Source: a virus
Lineage: Duplodnaviria > Caudoviricetes
DNA: 43,579 nucleotides
IMG/VR virus record: IMGVR_UViG_3300028588_000039
Coordinates: 1-43,579 of that record
Reading direction: 5' to 3' (one strand)
Shown here in pieces: positions 8,670-16,139 of this stretch (the stretch's first letter is position 1; each line of letters starts with the position of its first letter). The notes beneath the pieces are model-generated. The model had not been told where the DNA came from. It made no database searches and was given only the letters and a program-made list of their open reading frames with translations. The position numbers were made by a program, and so were the translations under genes.

Positions 8670-9746
8670 TTATTCGGCTTCGTGAGCCCAGCTGTCGATC
8701 GTGAGCTTTTGCTCTTCGGTCAGCAGCACCTTGGTCTGGATGGTCGCGATCAGCGCGCCCGGGGTCTTCTTCTTGTCGATGATGACCTTGCGCCACTCGG
8801 CTTTCTTCGCCTCGAATTCATCGGCCGTGCACGTCGACAGTTCCTTTTTGGCTGACGGCGCCGCGCTGTCGGACCTCTTGCCGCCGGCGCCATCCTGCTC
8901 GGCCTTGTTTTCCATTACCGACTTCCAAGTGGCCTCGCCGTCCTTGATGGCGCCATACACGCCGCGCAGGTCGACCAGCTCGTTCGGTGAGCAGGCGTCC
9001 AGGGAGTGGCCGAGGTAGTCGACCAGGTCGGCCACCTTGACGCCAATGCCGGCGAAGGCATCCGCCAGCTTCTTGCGCTCGGCGTCCGGGTCGCGCGCCG
9101 CCTCATCGAGACGCACGCGCTTGATGATTTCCTCGGCCTCGTCCTGCATGTCACCGGGGATGATGCGCAAGCCGAGCGTCCGGATTGCTTTCGAGATCTG
9201 TGCTGCGCGCTTATTCAACAAATCGTCGTCGTTGGCCGTGACCGTGAAGACGGGCTTGTTGTAGCTGTTGGTGCGCACCGAGATATACGACCCGTCGTCC
9301 ATCGGCTTCGAGCGCTCGACGGTCTTCGATACACGGACGTCGAGCGGGTATGTGACGTTCGACTCCAGGTCGGTCACGGACACGCGGTGGATTTCCTTGC
9401 TCGCGTCCTCGAATACCATGCTGGTTTCGATAAGCACGTTGGTCATGCAGCGCATGGCCACCTCGACGAAGCGGATGCCCAGGCCTTCCACGCCCTGCCC
9501 GATCGGCTTGCGGTAGTAGGCACTCTTGTTGTGCGCGAAGCTCGGGCGTTTGCACTCTTTCATCAGGTCCTGGCGTACCTGATCCCAGTTGCGCGGCCGC
9601 TGCAGGGCCATCACGTAGCGCGCCTCGACCATCGCCTTCGCCTGCGCCGCCACCGCGGTGGATGACGTTTCCTGCAAGGCCAGCGAAGTGCTGGTGCCGC
9701 CGAATTCCTGACGAACGGTCAGGGCATTTTGTGCTGGTGCGTTCAA
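8670..9746 (-). CDS. Putative single-strand annealing/recombination partner of YqaJ
   Basis: Position directly upstream of the exonuclease, AGGAGA RBS with TTG start; function inferred from synteny only. Confidence 0.55.
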   Translation of the reverse strand: MNAPAQNALTVRQEFGGTSTSLALQETSSTAVAAQAKAMVEARYVMALQRPRNWDQVRQDLMKECKRPSFAHNKSAYYRKPIGQGVEGLGIRFVEVAMRCMTNVLIETSMVFEDASKEIHRVSVTDLESNVTYPLDVRVSKTVERSKPMDDGSYISVRTNSYNKPVFTVTANDDDLLNKRAAQISKAIRTLGLRIIPGDMQDEAEEIIKRVRLDEAARDPDAERKKLADAFAGIGVKVADLVDYLGHSLDACSPNELVDLRGVYGAIKDGEATWKSVMENKAEQDGAGGKRSDSAAPSAKKELSTCTADEFEAKKAEWRKVIIDKKKTPGALIATIQTKVLLTEEQKLTIDSWAHEAE

Positions 9747-9771
9747 GTTGCTCTCCTGGTTAAAAATCGGT

Positions 9772-9876
9772 TTAATCGGCGCGCACTGCCGGCGCGCTCT
9801 GCGTTTCGGCCACTTCCGCGGCCACGATGCCCAGGGCCAGCAGCAGCACCAGGGCGCGGGCGATGTCGCGGATCAC
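9772..9876 (-). CDS. Small hydrophobic protein (34 aa)
   Basis: (M)IRDIARALVLLLALGIVAAEVAE...; GTGA coupling to upstream ORF. Confidence 0.45.
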   Translation of the reverse strand: MIRDIARALVLLLALGIVAAEVAETQSAPAVRAD

Positions 9877-10049
9877 GGCATCACCTGTTGCAGGATCACG
9901 CCCAGCATGTAGACCAGGGCCATGGCGACGCCGCCAATCCAGGGGCGCGCATCGGTGTGCTCGATGCCGGTCAGCAGCAGGCGGCCGACCAGGTCGCGGC
10001 GCTCGGGCTGGGCCGGCGCCTGGAGGCGGGCGATGCGGACGACGGTCAT
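9873..10049 (-). CDS. Small membrane protein (58 aa)
   Basis: MTVVRIARL...PWIGGVAMALVYMLGVILQQVMP*; overlaps both neighbours by 4 nt. Confidence 0.55.
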   Translation of the reverse strand: MTVVRIARLQAPAQPERRDLVGRLLLTGIEHTDARPWIGGVAMALVYMLGVILQQVMP

Positions 10050-10345
10050 TGGGCGCTCCCGGCGGCCTTGGCGATAGCGGCACGGGCCGCATCGATGCGT
10101 GCTTGCGTGTCAGGGCCGCCGATGTGGTTGCTGATCGCGTCAGGCAGGATTGCCTGCAGCGCCTCGAGCAAATCGGGTGCCGCCGCGATCAGGCGAGCAT
10201 CCGCGATGTCCATGTGGCCACTCGCCCGCATGTAGCGGTTACCGACCCATCCGTAACCGCCACTCGCCACCGGAGAAATCCAGAAATAATCCCCGTCGTC
10301 GTGTGGATCGATCTGCCACGGCCCCGGCGTATGCTTCGTTTCCAT
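10046..10345 (-). CDS. Conserved phage early protein
   Basis: KHTPGPW ... ADARLIAAAPDLLEAL signature common in phage early regions; GAGGAG RBS. Confidence 0.8.
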   Translation of the reverse strand: METKHTPGPWQIDPHDDGDYFWISPVASGGYGWVGNRYMRASGHMDIADARLIAAAPDLLEALQAILPDAISNHIGGPDTQARIDAARAAIAKAAGSAQ

Positions 10346-10359
10346 CCTGCTGCTCCTCG

Positions 10360-10770
10360 TTCTAGCCGGCGCCGCCGGCGGTTGTTGTTCGGTCCGGCTT
10401 TCACGATGTCCGGCATCGACCTGTGCGCCTCAGGGTGGCGTCCTACTGCATGGCTTTGCCTTTACGCGGAACTGTGCTGCTCCATGCTTCCCCGCGGTGG
10501 TGGCCGGCGTACGGCTTGCTCGGTTCGCGGGCATATCCCCGAGCGCTTGTTGTATTGCGCGGCACCCTTTCCACCGCACGAATTTCCCGCCTCAACATCA
10601 CAACCGCCTTCACCACACGACTGACGACTGACGGTTAGCCGGCCAGTCCAACTTATCGGGCATCCCCTGCCGCTTTCGCTCCCGCCGCTACAAAGCCCTG
10701 ATGCGGGCTACGCCTTGGGCAGCGCAATCAATCGTCAGTTGTGTGGTCACCCCTTACGAGGGTGAGGCGC
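10360..10770 (-). ncRNA. Structured non-coding segment in early-left transcript
   Basis: ~410 bp without a convincing ORF; 18/20-bp stem 10612-10631/10728-10747; stem GCGGTGG/CCACCGC; GAAA loops read on the minus strand. Confidence 0.45.
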
Positions 10771-10775
10771 CCTGC

Positions 10776-10985
10776 TCACGCGCCGCTGCGCGCCACTTCG
10801 ACCGCGCCGGCGGCCTTGCCATGCTGGTGCAGCAGCCATGCATCGACCGAGTCGCAGTAAGGCGTGTTTTCCCGCGCCCAGCGCTCGACCGTTGCCCGCT
10901 CATACGCCACGCCGCAATGGCCGCAGTCCAGGTGACCGTGCAGGTCTTTCGACAGGCTGCCGGTGTCGTCGCAGTGCTCGCACAT
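10776..10985 (-). CDS. Small zinc-finger-like protein
   Basis: CEHC and CGHC pairs. Confidence 0.65.
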   Translation of the reverse strand: MCEHCDDTGSLSKDLHGHLDCGHCGVAYERATVERWARENTPYCDSVDAWLLHQHGKAAGAVEVARSGA

Positions 10986-11323
10986 CAGGCTGCCTCAGGG
11001 TGCTTCATCACATCGATCCGCTGATCGACCAGGTTGTCGCGCAGCCGCTGCTCGCGGGCGTCAAGCGCGGCCTCGGCCAGCTCGCCGGCTTCGATCCAGA
11101 TCAGGTCGGTCAGCACCGCCTGCAGCGCATTGGCGTTGTCCAGGGTGGCGCGCACCAGCTCGGCGCAGGCGTTGTCGTCGGCCAGGTGCTCACCCAAGGC
11201 GATGACGATGCGCTTCGTGGCTTTCGGCTCGCCGGCCAGCACGGCGCGGGTCAGCGCCGAGAACTGCACGCGGGTTTCGGTGACGATCGCGCTTTCGCGC
11301 TCGGCGGTTGGTTGGCGGGTCAT
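10985..11323 (-). CDS. Hypothetical protein
   Basis: 112-aa ORF translationally coupled on both sides. Confidence 0.65.
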   Translation of the reverse strand: MTRQPTAERESAIVTETRVQFSALTRAVLAGEPKATKRIVIALGEHLADDNACAELVRATLDNANALQAVLTDLIWIEAGELAEAALDAREQRLRDNLVDQRIDVMKHPEAA

Positions 11324-11604
11324 GGCTGGGCTCCGGCAGCGGCCGGGGCGGCGTCACCCGTGGCGCTCTTACCGCAGAACGGGCAGAACGTGCAGAACAC
11401 GGGAATTTCCTTGCCCTTCGAGCTGCGGTAGCCAACGTTCGGACCGGCCACGTTGAAGGGGATATACAGACGCGATTCCAGCTTTTCGCCGAACGTAATA
11501 GCGGAGGCGCCACACTCGACCTTGGCGCCCGGCCCTGCGCGGTCGGCGCACTCCATACGCTCCGTCACGTTTTTCAGCACTTGCTGCAGGCAGTCACAGT
11601 TCAC
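11320..11604 (-). CDS. Zinc-binding protein, first gene after pL
   Basis: N-terminal CDC and C-terminal FCPFCGK; GGAGA RBS before GTG. Confidence 0.7.
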   Translation of the reverse strand: MNCDCLQQVLKNVTERMECADRAGPGAKVECGASAITFGEKLESRLYIPFNVAGPNVGYRSSKGKEIPVFCTFCPFCGKSATGDAAPAAAGAQP

Positions 11605-11651
11605 GATCTTCTCCAGGTTCGCGGCTCAGGGGTTGAGCTCGCTGCGATGAA

Positions 11652-11721
11652 ATGCATAGTACGCATTTAGCTTAGATGCGTCAAGCGCATTTTTGTGAAA
11701 AAAAAGGTGTGCGATGCGCAT
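11652..11721 (-). promoter_or_regulatory. pL promoter with OL operators
   Basis: TTGACG (11684-11679)-17-TACTAT (11661-11656); ATGCG-N5-CGCAT-type palindromes at 11652-11666, 11676-11690 (perfect) and 11707-11721. Confidence 0.8.
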
Positions 11722-11751
11722 GTTGGGCATTACGCTCTGGTGTACGGACGT

Positions 11752-11775
11752 AAAAAAGCCCGCTCGTGGCGGGCT
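11752..11775 (-). terminator. Intrinsic terminator closing the cI/moron transcript
   Basis: AGCCCGC-N5-GCGGGCT hairpin followed by a U tract on the minus strand. Confidence 0.75.
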
Positions 11776-11797
11776 AAGATGGGCAAGGTGGGGAGCG

Positions 11798-12175
11798 CTA
11801 CCGCTTGGCGGGCGCGGCAACTGAAGGCGGTGCAGCTTGGGCAGGCGCCGTCCCAGCAGCAGAGGCAGGCTCAACAGAGGGTCTTACGTAATCTTTCAGC
11901 ATTGGGAGCAGCTGAGCAAGGAAGATCGCCGCAACGACCCACATGACAATGCTGGTTTTTGCATCGGAAACTTCCTTGCCGGTAGCATAATTCGAACGCA
12001 TAACAGCCACATCGCGCTCGATGTTGACGACGCGCTCGACGGTCTTCTCGACCAGGCCTTCCAGTTTTTTGACTCTTTCTTCCATACTCGGATCATCCGG
12101 TGGTCCGCCAGAGTTGTCAACCGGCGTTCTCGGCCCCCTCCTCCAGTGACCATGATCGTCAACAACCCGACTCAT
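11798..12175 (-). CDS. Coiled-coil protein with C-terminal TM helix (moron)
   Basis: GGPPDDPSMEERVKKLE...NYAT...IVMWVVAAIFLAQLL. Confidence 0.7.
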   Translation of the reverse strand: MSRVVDDHGHWRRGPRTPVDNSGGPPDDPSMEERVKKLEGLVEKTVERVVNIERDVAVMRSNYATGKEVSDAKTSIVMWVVAAIFLAQLLPMLKDYVRPSVEPASAAGTAPAQAAPPSVAAPAKR

Positions 12176-12486
12176 GCTTTCTCCTTGTTCAAAAAATAAG
12201 TTAGCATCCTGCTAACATTATAGTGTCTTTGATAACCGCAATTAATACAGGAAAGTATTACGGTAACAAGGGCGCCACCCCGGTCGTAATTTACTCCAAC
12301 ACCCTCAACTACAGTTGCGGCGCGTTGAGCAAAATAGCCGACATCATGATTTCCCGTACCTCGCTCAATATAGTGCTGCTGCTCACCACACGACGGGCAT
12401 ACGGGAGTAATCTTTTTTGCGGTTAGGTACTCAACAACTTCCTCATACTCCAATTGCCGTAGCGGCGGCAAATCTGAAACAGCCAT
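12172..12486 (-). CDS. Zinc-ribbon protein (moron)
   Basis: CPSCG ... CINCG; AT-richer; ATGA-coupled to next gene. Confidence 0.75.
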   Translation of the reverse strand: MAVSDLPPLRQLEYEEVVEYLTAKKITPVCPSCGEQQHYIERGTGNHDVGYFAQRAATVVEGVGVNYDRGGALVTVILSCINCGYQRHYNVSRMLTYFLNKEKA

Positions 12487-12544
12487 ATATTCTCACTCAC
12501 TTCAGGGTAACTTTAATTAATCCGCGCCGCGAGCGGGGATTATT

Positions 12545-12898
12545 TTAGAATGCGTGCGGCGTCGTGGTAATTGTAGACTGCGGTGCTGGCTGCGGCTTCA
12601 ATCCGAATTGAGGAGCCTGCAGCGGCTGAATTTGCTGAGTTGGCTGAGCTGGTCGAATTGGCTGAACGGGCTGCAGTCCATATCCCTGCGGCTCTGGATT
12701 CTTTGTGCCAGTTTCCCCTGTGTAAGGATTGATATTTCCCTTCGTACTGTAGTTGTCTGCCGTCGTGCTATTGGGTGAACTGCGCATGTGGGGCGCTACG
12801 TAGGTGCCGTTGCTTTTCGTGTAGCCATTTACGTAAACCTGGGCGTATGCGCCGGAGGCGACCGCAGCAAGCAATGCGGCAGCAAAGATCTTTTTCAT
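12545..12898 (-). CDS. Secreted protein (moron)
   Basis: Signal peptide MKKIFAAALLAAVASGAYA; YVNGYTKSNGTYVAPHMRS...NYSTKGNINPYTG domain; P/Q-rich tail. Confidence 0.8.
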   Translation of the reverse strand: MKKIFAAALLAAVASGAYAQVYVNGYTKSNGTYVAPHMRSSPNSTTADNYSTKGNINPYTGETGTKNPEPQGYGLQPVQPIRPAQPTQQIQPLQAPQFGLKPQPAPQSTITTTPHAF

Positions 12899-12961
12899 TT
12901 TTCTCTCTCATAGCCGGCATGACGGCGTGCCGTGGCGCCTCCGCTCACGGCAAGCGGATTC

Positions 12962-12990
12962 TTGTAAACCGTTGAAATGCCATGTAAAGT
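12962..12990 (+). promoter_or_regulatory. Candidate sigma70 promoter for an antisense RNA
   Basis: TTGTAA-17-TAAAGT; predicted +1 lies at the start of an 11-bp hairpin. Confidence 0.5.
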
Positions 12991-12996
12991 TCAGCA

Positions 12997-13477
12997 CTGA
13001 CGGGTCGGCGTATACCGACCCGTCAAGCTCAGGTCACAAGCGACCGATTTGATGCAGCACAAAGAGCAGTCCGGATACCGCGTGGATGCACTTCGCTACA
13101 TCGATCGACCACTTCACCTGTGTTGCTTTCGTCAGTTTCAACATGGCAATGAGCCCTATTTACGCTGGCGTGCACGCCGGCTGATTAGGTCGGCATTTGT
13201 ATCGCGCCTTGCCAGGCGCTAGCCGGTGCAGCTGCAGCTGCGTTGGCACCACACTTGGGCTCGGGCATCCGACCTTGCCTGGGTGTGATTGAGCTTGAAG
13301 CAATTCCGATGGCCGAGTCTATGGGCTAGCATTTGCGGGGCATCCACCCCGCCCGGCTCGACGGTCGCATAGACCGGCTTTCGTTATCACTTCGCACCAC
13401 ATGCGGGTTAGCGGCCCGCAGTCCGGGAGCTACCCCGGATTCTTTGCTCCCGTGCCGTCATGGGCGGGAGCGCTTTC
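12997..13477 (+). ncRNA. Candidate ~480-nt structured RNA
   Basis: Upstream promoter, many hairpins with G-U pairs favouring the plus strand, terminal GCTCCCG/CGGGAGC hairpin followed by GCTTTCTT. Confidence 0.4.
13034..13144 (-). CDS. 36-aa hydrophobic peptide (candidate type I toxin)
   Basis: MLKLTKATQVKWSIDVAKCIHAVSGLLFVLHQIGRL*; below the ORF-track size cutoff. Confidence 0.45.
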   Translation of the reverse strand: MLKLTKATQVKWSIDVAKCIHAVSGLLFVLHQIGRL

Positions 13478-14314
13478 TTAAATATCGGTTTTTTTGTAAA
13501 TCGCTCCAGTCTGCCTATTAAATATCCAGACTTGAACAAGTTTCATAATAAGAAGATCACCACTAAACGCCATTTCATTCGGGCGGTCAATTGTCGGTTT
13601 CGAATAATCGTGAAATTCCGATAAGTAGGGTTCGTTCAGATTTCCAACAAATATCAGCGCCAAATTACCTTTGGCGGATCGAGCATCATCAGCCGACATT
13701 TCGATAGACTCATCGATATTTTTTATTCCTGACCTTAGTAAGGAGGAATACGTTAGATTCGAAAACGCCACAGCGCAGACATTCCATTGAGAACTGTCAA
13801 CATCAACTTTTTTTCCGTATGCATTGGATGCGACATATGATCGGTTCGATTTTATTTTTTCATTAAGCCTTACAAACCTTAATAGTTCGTTGTTGACCAT
13901 TTTTGTTTGCCCGTCCCAGTGAGCGCGCACGTTTAACACGCCGCGATCCGCATCATAAGTTTCACTCACTCCGGCATACACATCGGAAGCCTGCACAAAC
14001 CCCACCACATCATTAAGCGTCGTAGTACCCACTATTGGCGCGTTGCCAGCCGCGTCCACACGAGCTCTGTATGCAGACGTGGTTTCGAATTCTGATTTCT
14101 GAGGTTTGATTTTGGAGACGGCTTTTGCAAAGCTACGACAGCTATGGCCAATATATTGGGGAGGCAGGGCATCTACCCCCGGATCCAGCGGTGCCAGTGT
14201 ATAAAGTAATTCCTTCTGAGATGCCTTAGGCTGGGAAGCTTTTTTGACGGGAGCAGCAAAGACGGAAGAGGTCCCGGCAATCGCAAGGGTACAAAGGACT
14301 AAAGTAAATTTCAT
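13478..14314 (-). CDS. Exported protein (low-GC moron downstream of cI)
   Basis: Signal peptide MKFTLVLCTLAIAGTSSVFA; KSEFETT motif; start could be 14347. Confidence 0.75.
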   Translation of the reverse strand: MKFTLVLCTLAIAGTSSVFAAPVKKASQPKASQKELLYTLAPLDPGVDALPPQYIGHSCRSFAKAVSKIKPQKSEFETTSAYRARVDAAGNAPIVGTTTLNDVVGFVQASDVYAGVSETYDADRGVLNVRAHWDGQTKMVNNELLRFVRLNEKIKSNRSYVASNAYGKKVDVDSSQWNVCAVAFSNLTYSSLLRSGIKNIDESIEMSADDARSAKGNLALIFVGNLNEPYLSEFHDYSKPTIDRPNEMAFSGDLLIMKLVQVWIFNRQTGAIYKKTDI

Positions 14315-14422
14315 TAGATTTTTCCCATCGACGTCTAAGCGCGCCATATCACCATTCAAAATCTCACAAAAACTCACGCGTCAATCATGTGACACCAGCT
14401 GTTGTCGGACACTGGCGAAAAA

Positions 14423-14442
14423 TACTGTATGGGTGTACAGTA
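14423..14442. promoter_or_regulatory. LexA (SOS) box
   Basis: TACTGTATGGGTGTACAGTA = CTGT-N8-ACAG with palindromic TA flanks, overlapping a TACAGT -10 candidate. Confidence 0.88.
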
Positions 14443-14469
14443 GTTTACATCACGACACTACCAACGATC

Positions 14470-14700
14470 ATGACCGACATCGACGACCTGCTCAGCATTT
14501 ACGCCACTATGAACCCGGACGGTCGCGATCGATTGCGCTCGTTTGCACGACATCTGCAGAAGCGCTTCCCCTCGGGGCGCAGACCGTCACTGTCGCTTGT
14601 TCAAAATTCCAACAATGTCGAGGCGCTCGATCACATCGTCGACGGCTGCGTCGATTACCGTACGGTCGTCAGCGCTGGCGAGTCGGTACACAGTCAGTAG
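14470..14700 (+). CDS. Putative SOS-inducible antirepressor (76 aa)
   Basis: Starts 27 bp after the SOS box; LLSIYATMNPDGR resembles the CI C-terminal motif; last 114 nt antisense to cI. Confidence 0.65.
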   Translation: MTDIDDLLSIYATMNPDGRDRLRSFARHLQKRFPSGRRPSLSLVQNSNNVEALDHIVDGCVDYRTVVSAGESVHSQ

Positions 14701-14982
14701 CCGCACCTCATCCCCAGCCTGCTTCAGCAGCGCTTCCATTCGCTGCGCCACCGGGTGACTTTGGTCGACCACGCTGGCCGGCGCTTCAGCGTCATCAAAA
14801 AAGTCGGCAACACGCACCAGTAGTGCCTGGGCGATGTTGCGCAAAACATCCTCGCTTACCCACTGCTTCCCTCGCTCGATCCGCGACAAATTCCCATCGG
14901 TTAGCCCAGCCCTGCCCTCGACCTCGGCCAGCGTCATCTTTTTGGCAATCCGAATTGCCCTGATTTTTTCACCTGCGCTCAT
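14587..14982 (-). CDS. cI: Prophage repressor (XRE HTH, no S24 peptidase domain)
   Basis: KIRAIRIAKKMTLAEVEGRAGLTDGNLSRIERG; divergent from cro; 131 aa only. Confidence 0.88.
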   Translation of the reverse strand: MSAGEKIRAIRIAKKMTLAEVEGRAGLTDGNLSRIERGKQWVSEDVLRNIAQALLVRVADFFDDAEAPASVVDQSHPVAQRMEALLKQAGDEVRLLTVYRLASADDRTVIDAAVDDVIERLDIVGILNKRQ

Positions 14983-14989
14983 GCGTGCG

Positions 14990-15066
14990 ATTGTCGAATT
15001 TTGATGCGCCTCTCGCAAGGCGCATTGCGCATTTCTTATTTCTGATATAAAGTGCGTATTACGCAT
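14990..15066. promoter_or_regulatory. OR region with pRM and pR
   Basis: pRM (minus) TTGCGA 15018-15013, 17 bp, GACAAT 14995-14990; pR (plus) TTGCGC 15025-15030, 17 bp, TAAAGT 15048-15053; operator-like palindromes 15004-15018, 15018-15032, 15052-15066. Confidence 0.75.
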
Positions 15067-15085
15067 CTTAGGAGCCCTTAAAACC

Positions 15086-15325
15086 ATGAAATCGCCTCTC
15101 CGACAAGCTCGCGAAAAGCGCGGCATCACGCTGAATGTTCTTGCTAAAAAAGTTGGCAGCGACGTTGGCAACCTCAGTCGCATCGAGCGCGGGGTCCAGA
15201 CCCCCAATGCCCAGCTGGCCGAGCGAATCTGCCGCGAGTTTGACGGTGAAGTCAGCGAACTGCAGCTCATCTACCCGGCCCGCTACGCCGAGTCTGCTGC
15301 TCAACCCGAATCCCAGCCGCAGTAA
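15086..15325 (+). CDS. cro: Cro-like repressor
   Basis: HTH with GNLSRIERG identical to CI; C-terminal LIYP; AGGAG RBS. Confidence 0.88.
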   Translation: MKSPLRQAREKRGITLNVLAKKVGSDVGNLSRIERGVQTPNAQLAERICREFDGEVSELQLIYPARYAESAAQPESQPQ

Positions 15326-15341
15326 CCGCTGCGGTTTTTTT
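15317..15341 (+). terminator. tR1-like terminator
   Basis: CCGCAG/CTGCGG hairpin followed by T7 at the cro stop. Confidence 0.7.
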
Positions 15342-15433
15342 GTTGCCGAAAAGTTGCAACAGGGCTCTTGCCCAGTACCACCCCGTCGGCTTGCCGACCC
15401 ATCCACGTAACCCGCATCACCCTGGAGAAACAC

Positions 15434-15688
15434 ATGAGCTTGAACCCGAACGTCCGCACCGAAGTGCTGGAAACCCTGCTGAACCCCGCGGAGCTGAGCG
15501 GCTTCACGAACCTTTGCCAGCTGCTCGGCCTGTCGAAGTCCGCAATGAACCGCAGCCTCATCAACAGTGCCGTGCAAACGCATGGTATGGCCAAGCCGGC
15601 CGGCAAGGAATCCCGAGGTTGTCCGGGTCCTGGTCGTCAGGCTTGCCGCGCGCGCGGCGCAAAGGGCGGCGCCCGGAGGCTTCTTTAA
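15434..15688 (+). CDS. Small DNA-binding-like protein at the cII position
   Basis: GGAGA RBS; ribbon-helix-helix-like LCQLLGLSKSAMNRSLI; position after cro. Confidence 0.5.
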   Translation: MSLNPNVRTEVLETLLNPAELSGFTNLCQLLGLSKSAMNRSLINSAVQTHGMAKPAGKESRGCPGPGRQACRARGAKGGARRLL

Positions 15689-15756
15689 TGGCTTCCGACT
15701 GCGACACGAAGCAAAAAAATAGCCCGGTGGAGAGCCGGGCCGAAAGGAATTTGAAC

Positions 15757-15954
15757 GTGAGCACCTTATCACCAAAGCCGGACGCTTCGAAGCTGCTTTC
15801 GATGGCGGACAACGTCGCGGTGCACAACCAGGCCTACAAGCGCGTGCGCTACCTGGGCGCCAAGGCAAGTGAGCGCGCGTACGGCCGCCTCAACAAGAGC
15901 ATCCGGGACCTGACCGAGACGGCCGAGCACCTGCGCAAGGCGGGCGAGCCATGA
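15757..15954 (+). CDS. Hypothetical protein
   Basis: AAAGGA RBS plus GTG; coupled to next gene. Confidence 0.6.
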   Translation: MSTLSPKPDASKLLSMADNVAVHNQAYKRVRYLGAKASERAYGRLNKSIRDLTETAEHLRKAGEP

Positions 15955-16139
15955 CGGAGCCCATCATTTACCGCGCCATGATCCAGTCCAAGGCCCGCGA
16001 GGCATTCGTGCGCGGCGCCGGCCGCGATGACCACGGCTTCAACTGGCACAGCGTCGATGCAATCGCTACCTGGCAGGACGCCTGGGATGCGTGCGCGGCT
16101 GAGGCTGGCCAGCAGCTGGTGGGGAGCAGCCCGCCATGA
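15951..16139 (+). CDS. Hypothetical protein
   Basis: 62 aa, ATGA overlaps on both sides. Confidence 0.65.
   Translation: MTEPIIYRAMIQSKAREAFVRGAGRDDHGFNWHSVDAIATWQDAWDACAAEAGQQLVGSSPP

Noticed and set aside
6773-8704. 643-aa plus-strand ORF
   Set aside because: Antisense shadow of the YqaJ gene caused by GC-rich codon bias; no motifs.
10490-10580. Possible tRNA
   Set aside because: No T-loop/D-loop consensus or cloverleaf on either strand; no tRNA called anywhere in the window.
10690-10712. CTGATG suggesting a hammerhead core
   Set aside because: Not CUGANGA, and no correctly placed GAAA on the same strand.
12519-12542. CGCGAGCGGGGAT resembling part of a type I-E CRISPR repeat (possible RNA anti-CRISPR)
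   Set aside because: Single partial match lacking the flanking repeat ends; explained as an intergenic hairpin after a stop codon.
14983-15270. N-terminal extension of cI in the ORF track (227 aa)
   Set aside because: Crosses OR and cro; the HTH begins at ATG 14982 just after a pRM-like promoter.
15713-15740. Minus-strand terminator suggesting an oop-like antisense RNA
   Set aside because: Hairpin and A tract are real, but no matching promoter was found and it would stop short of the cII-position gene.
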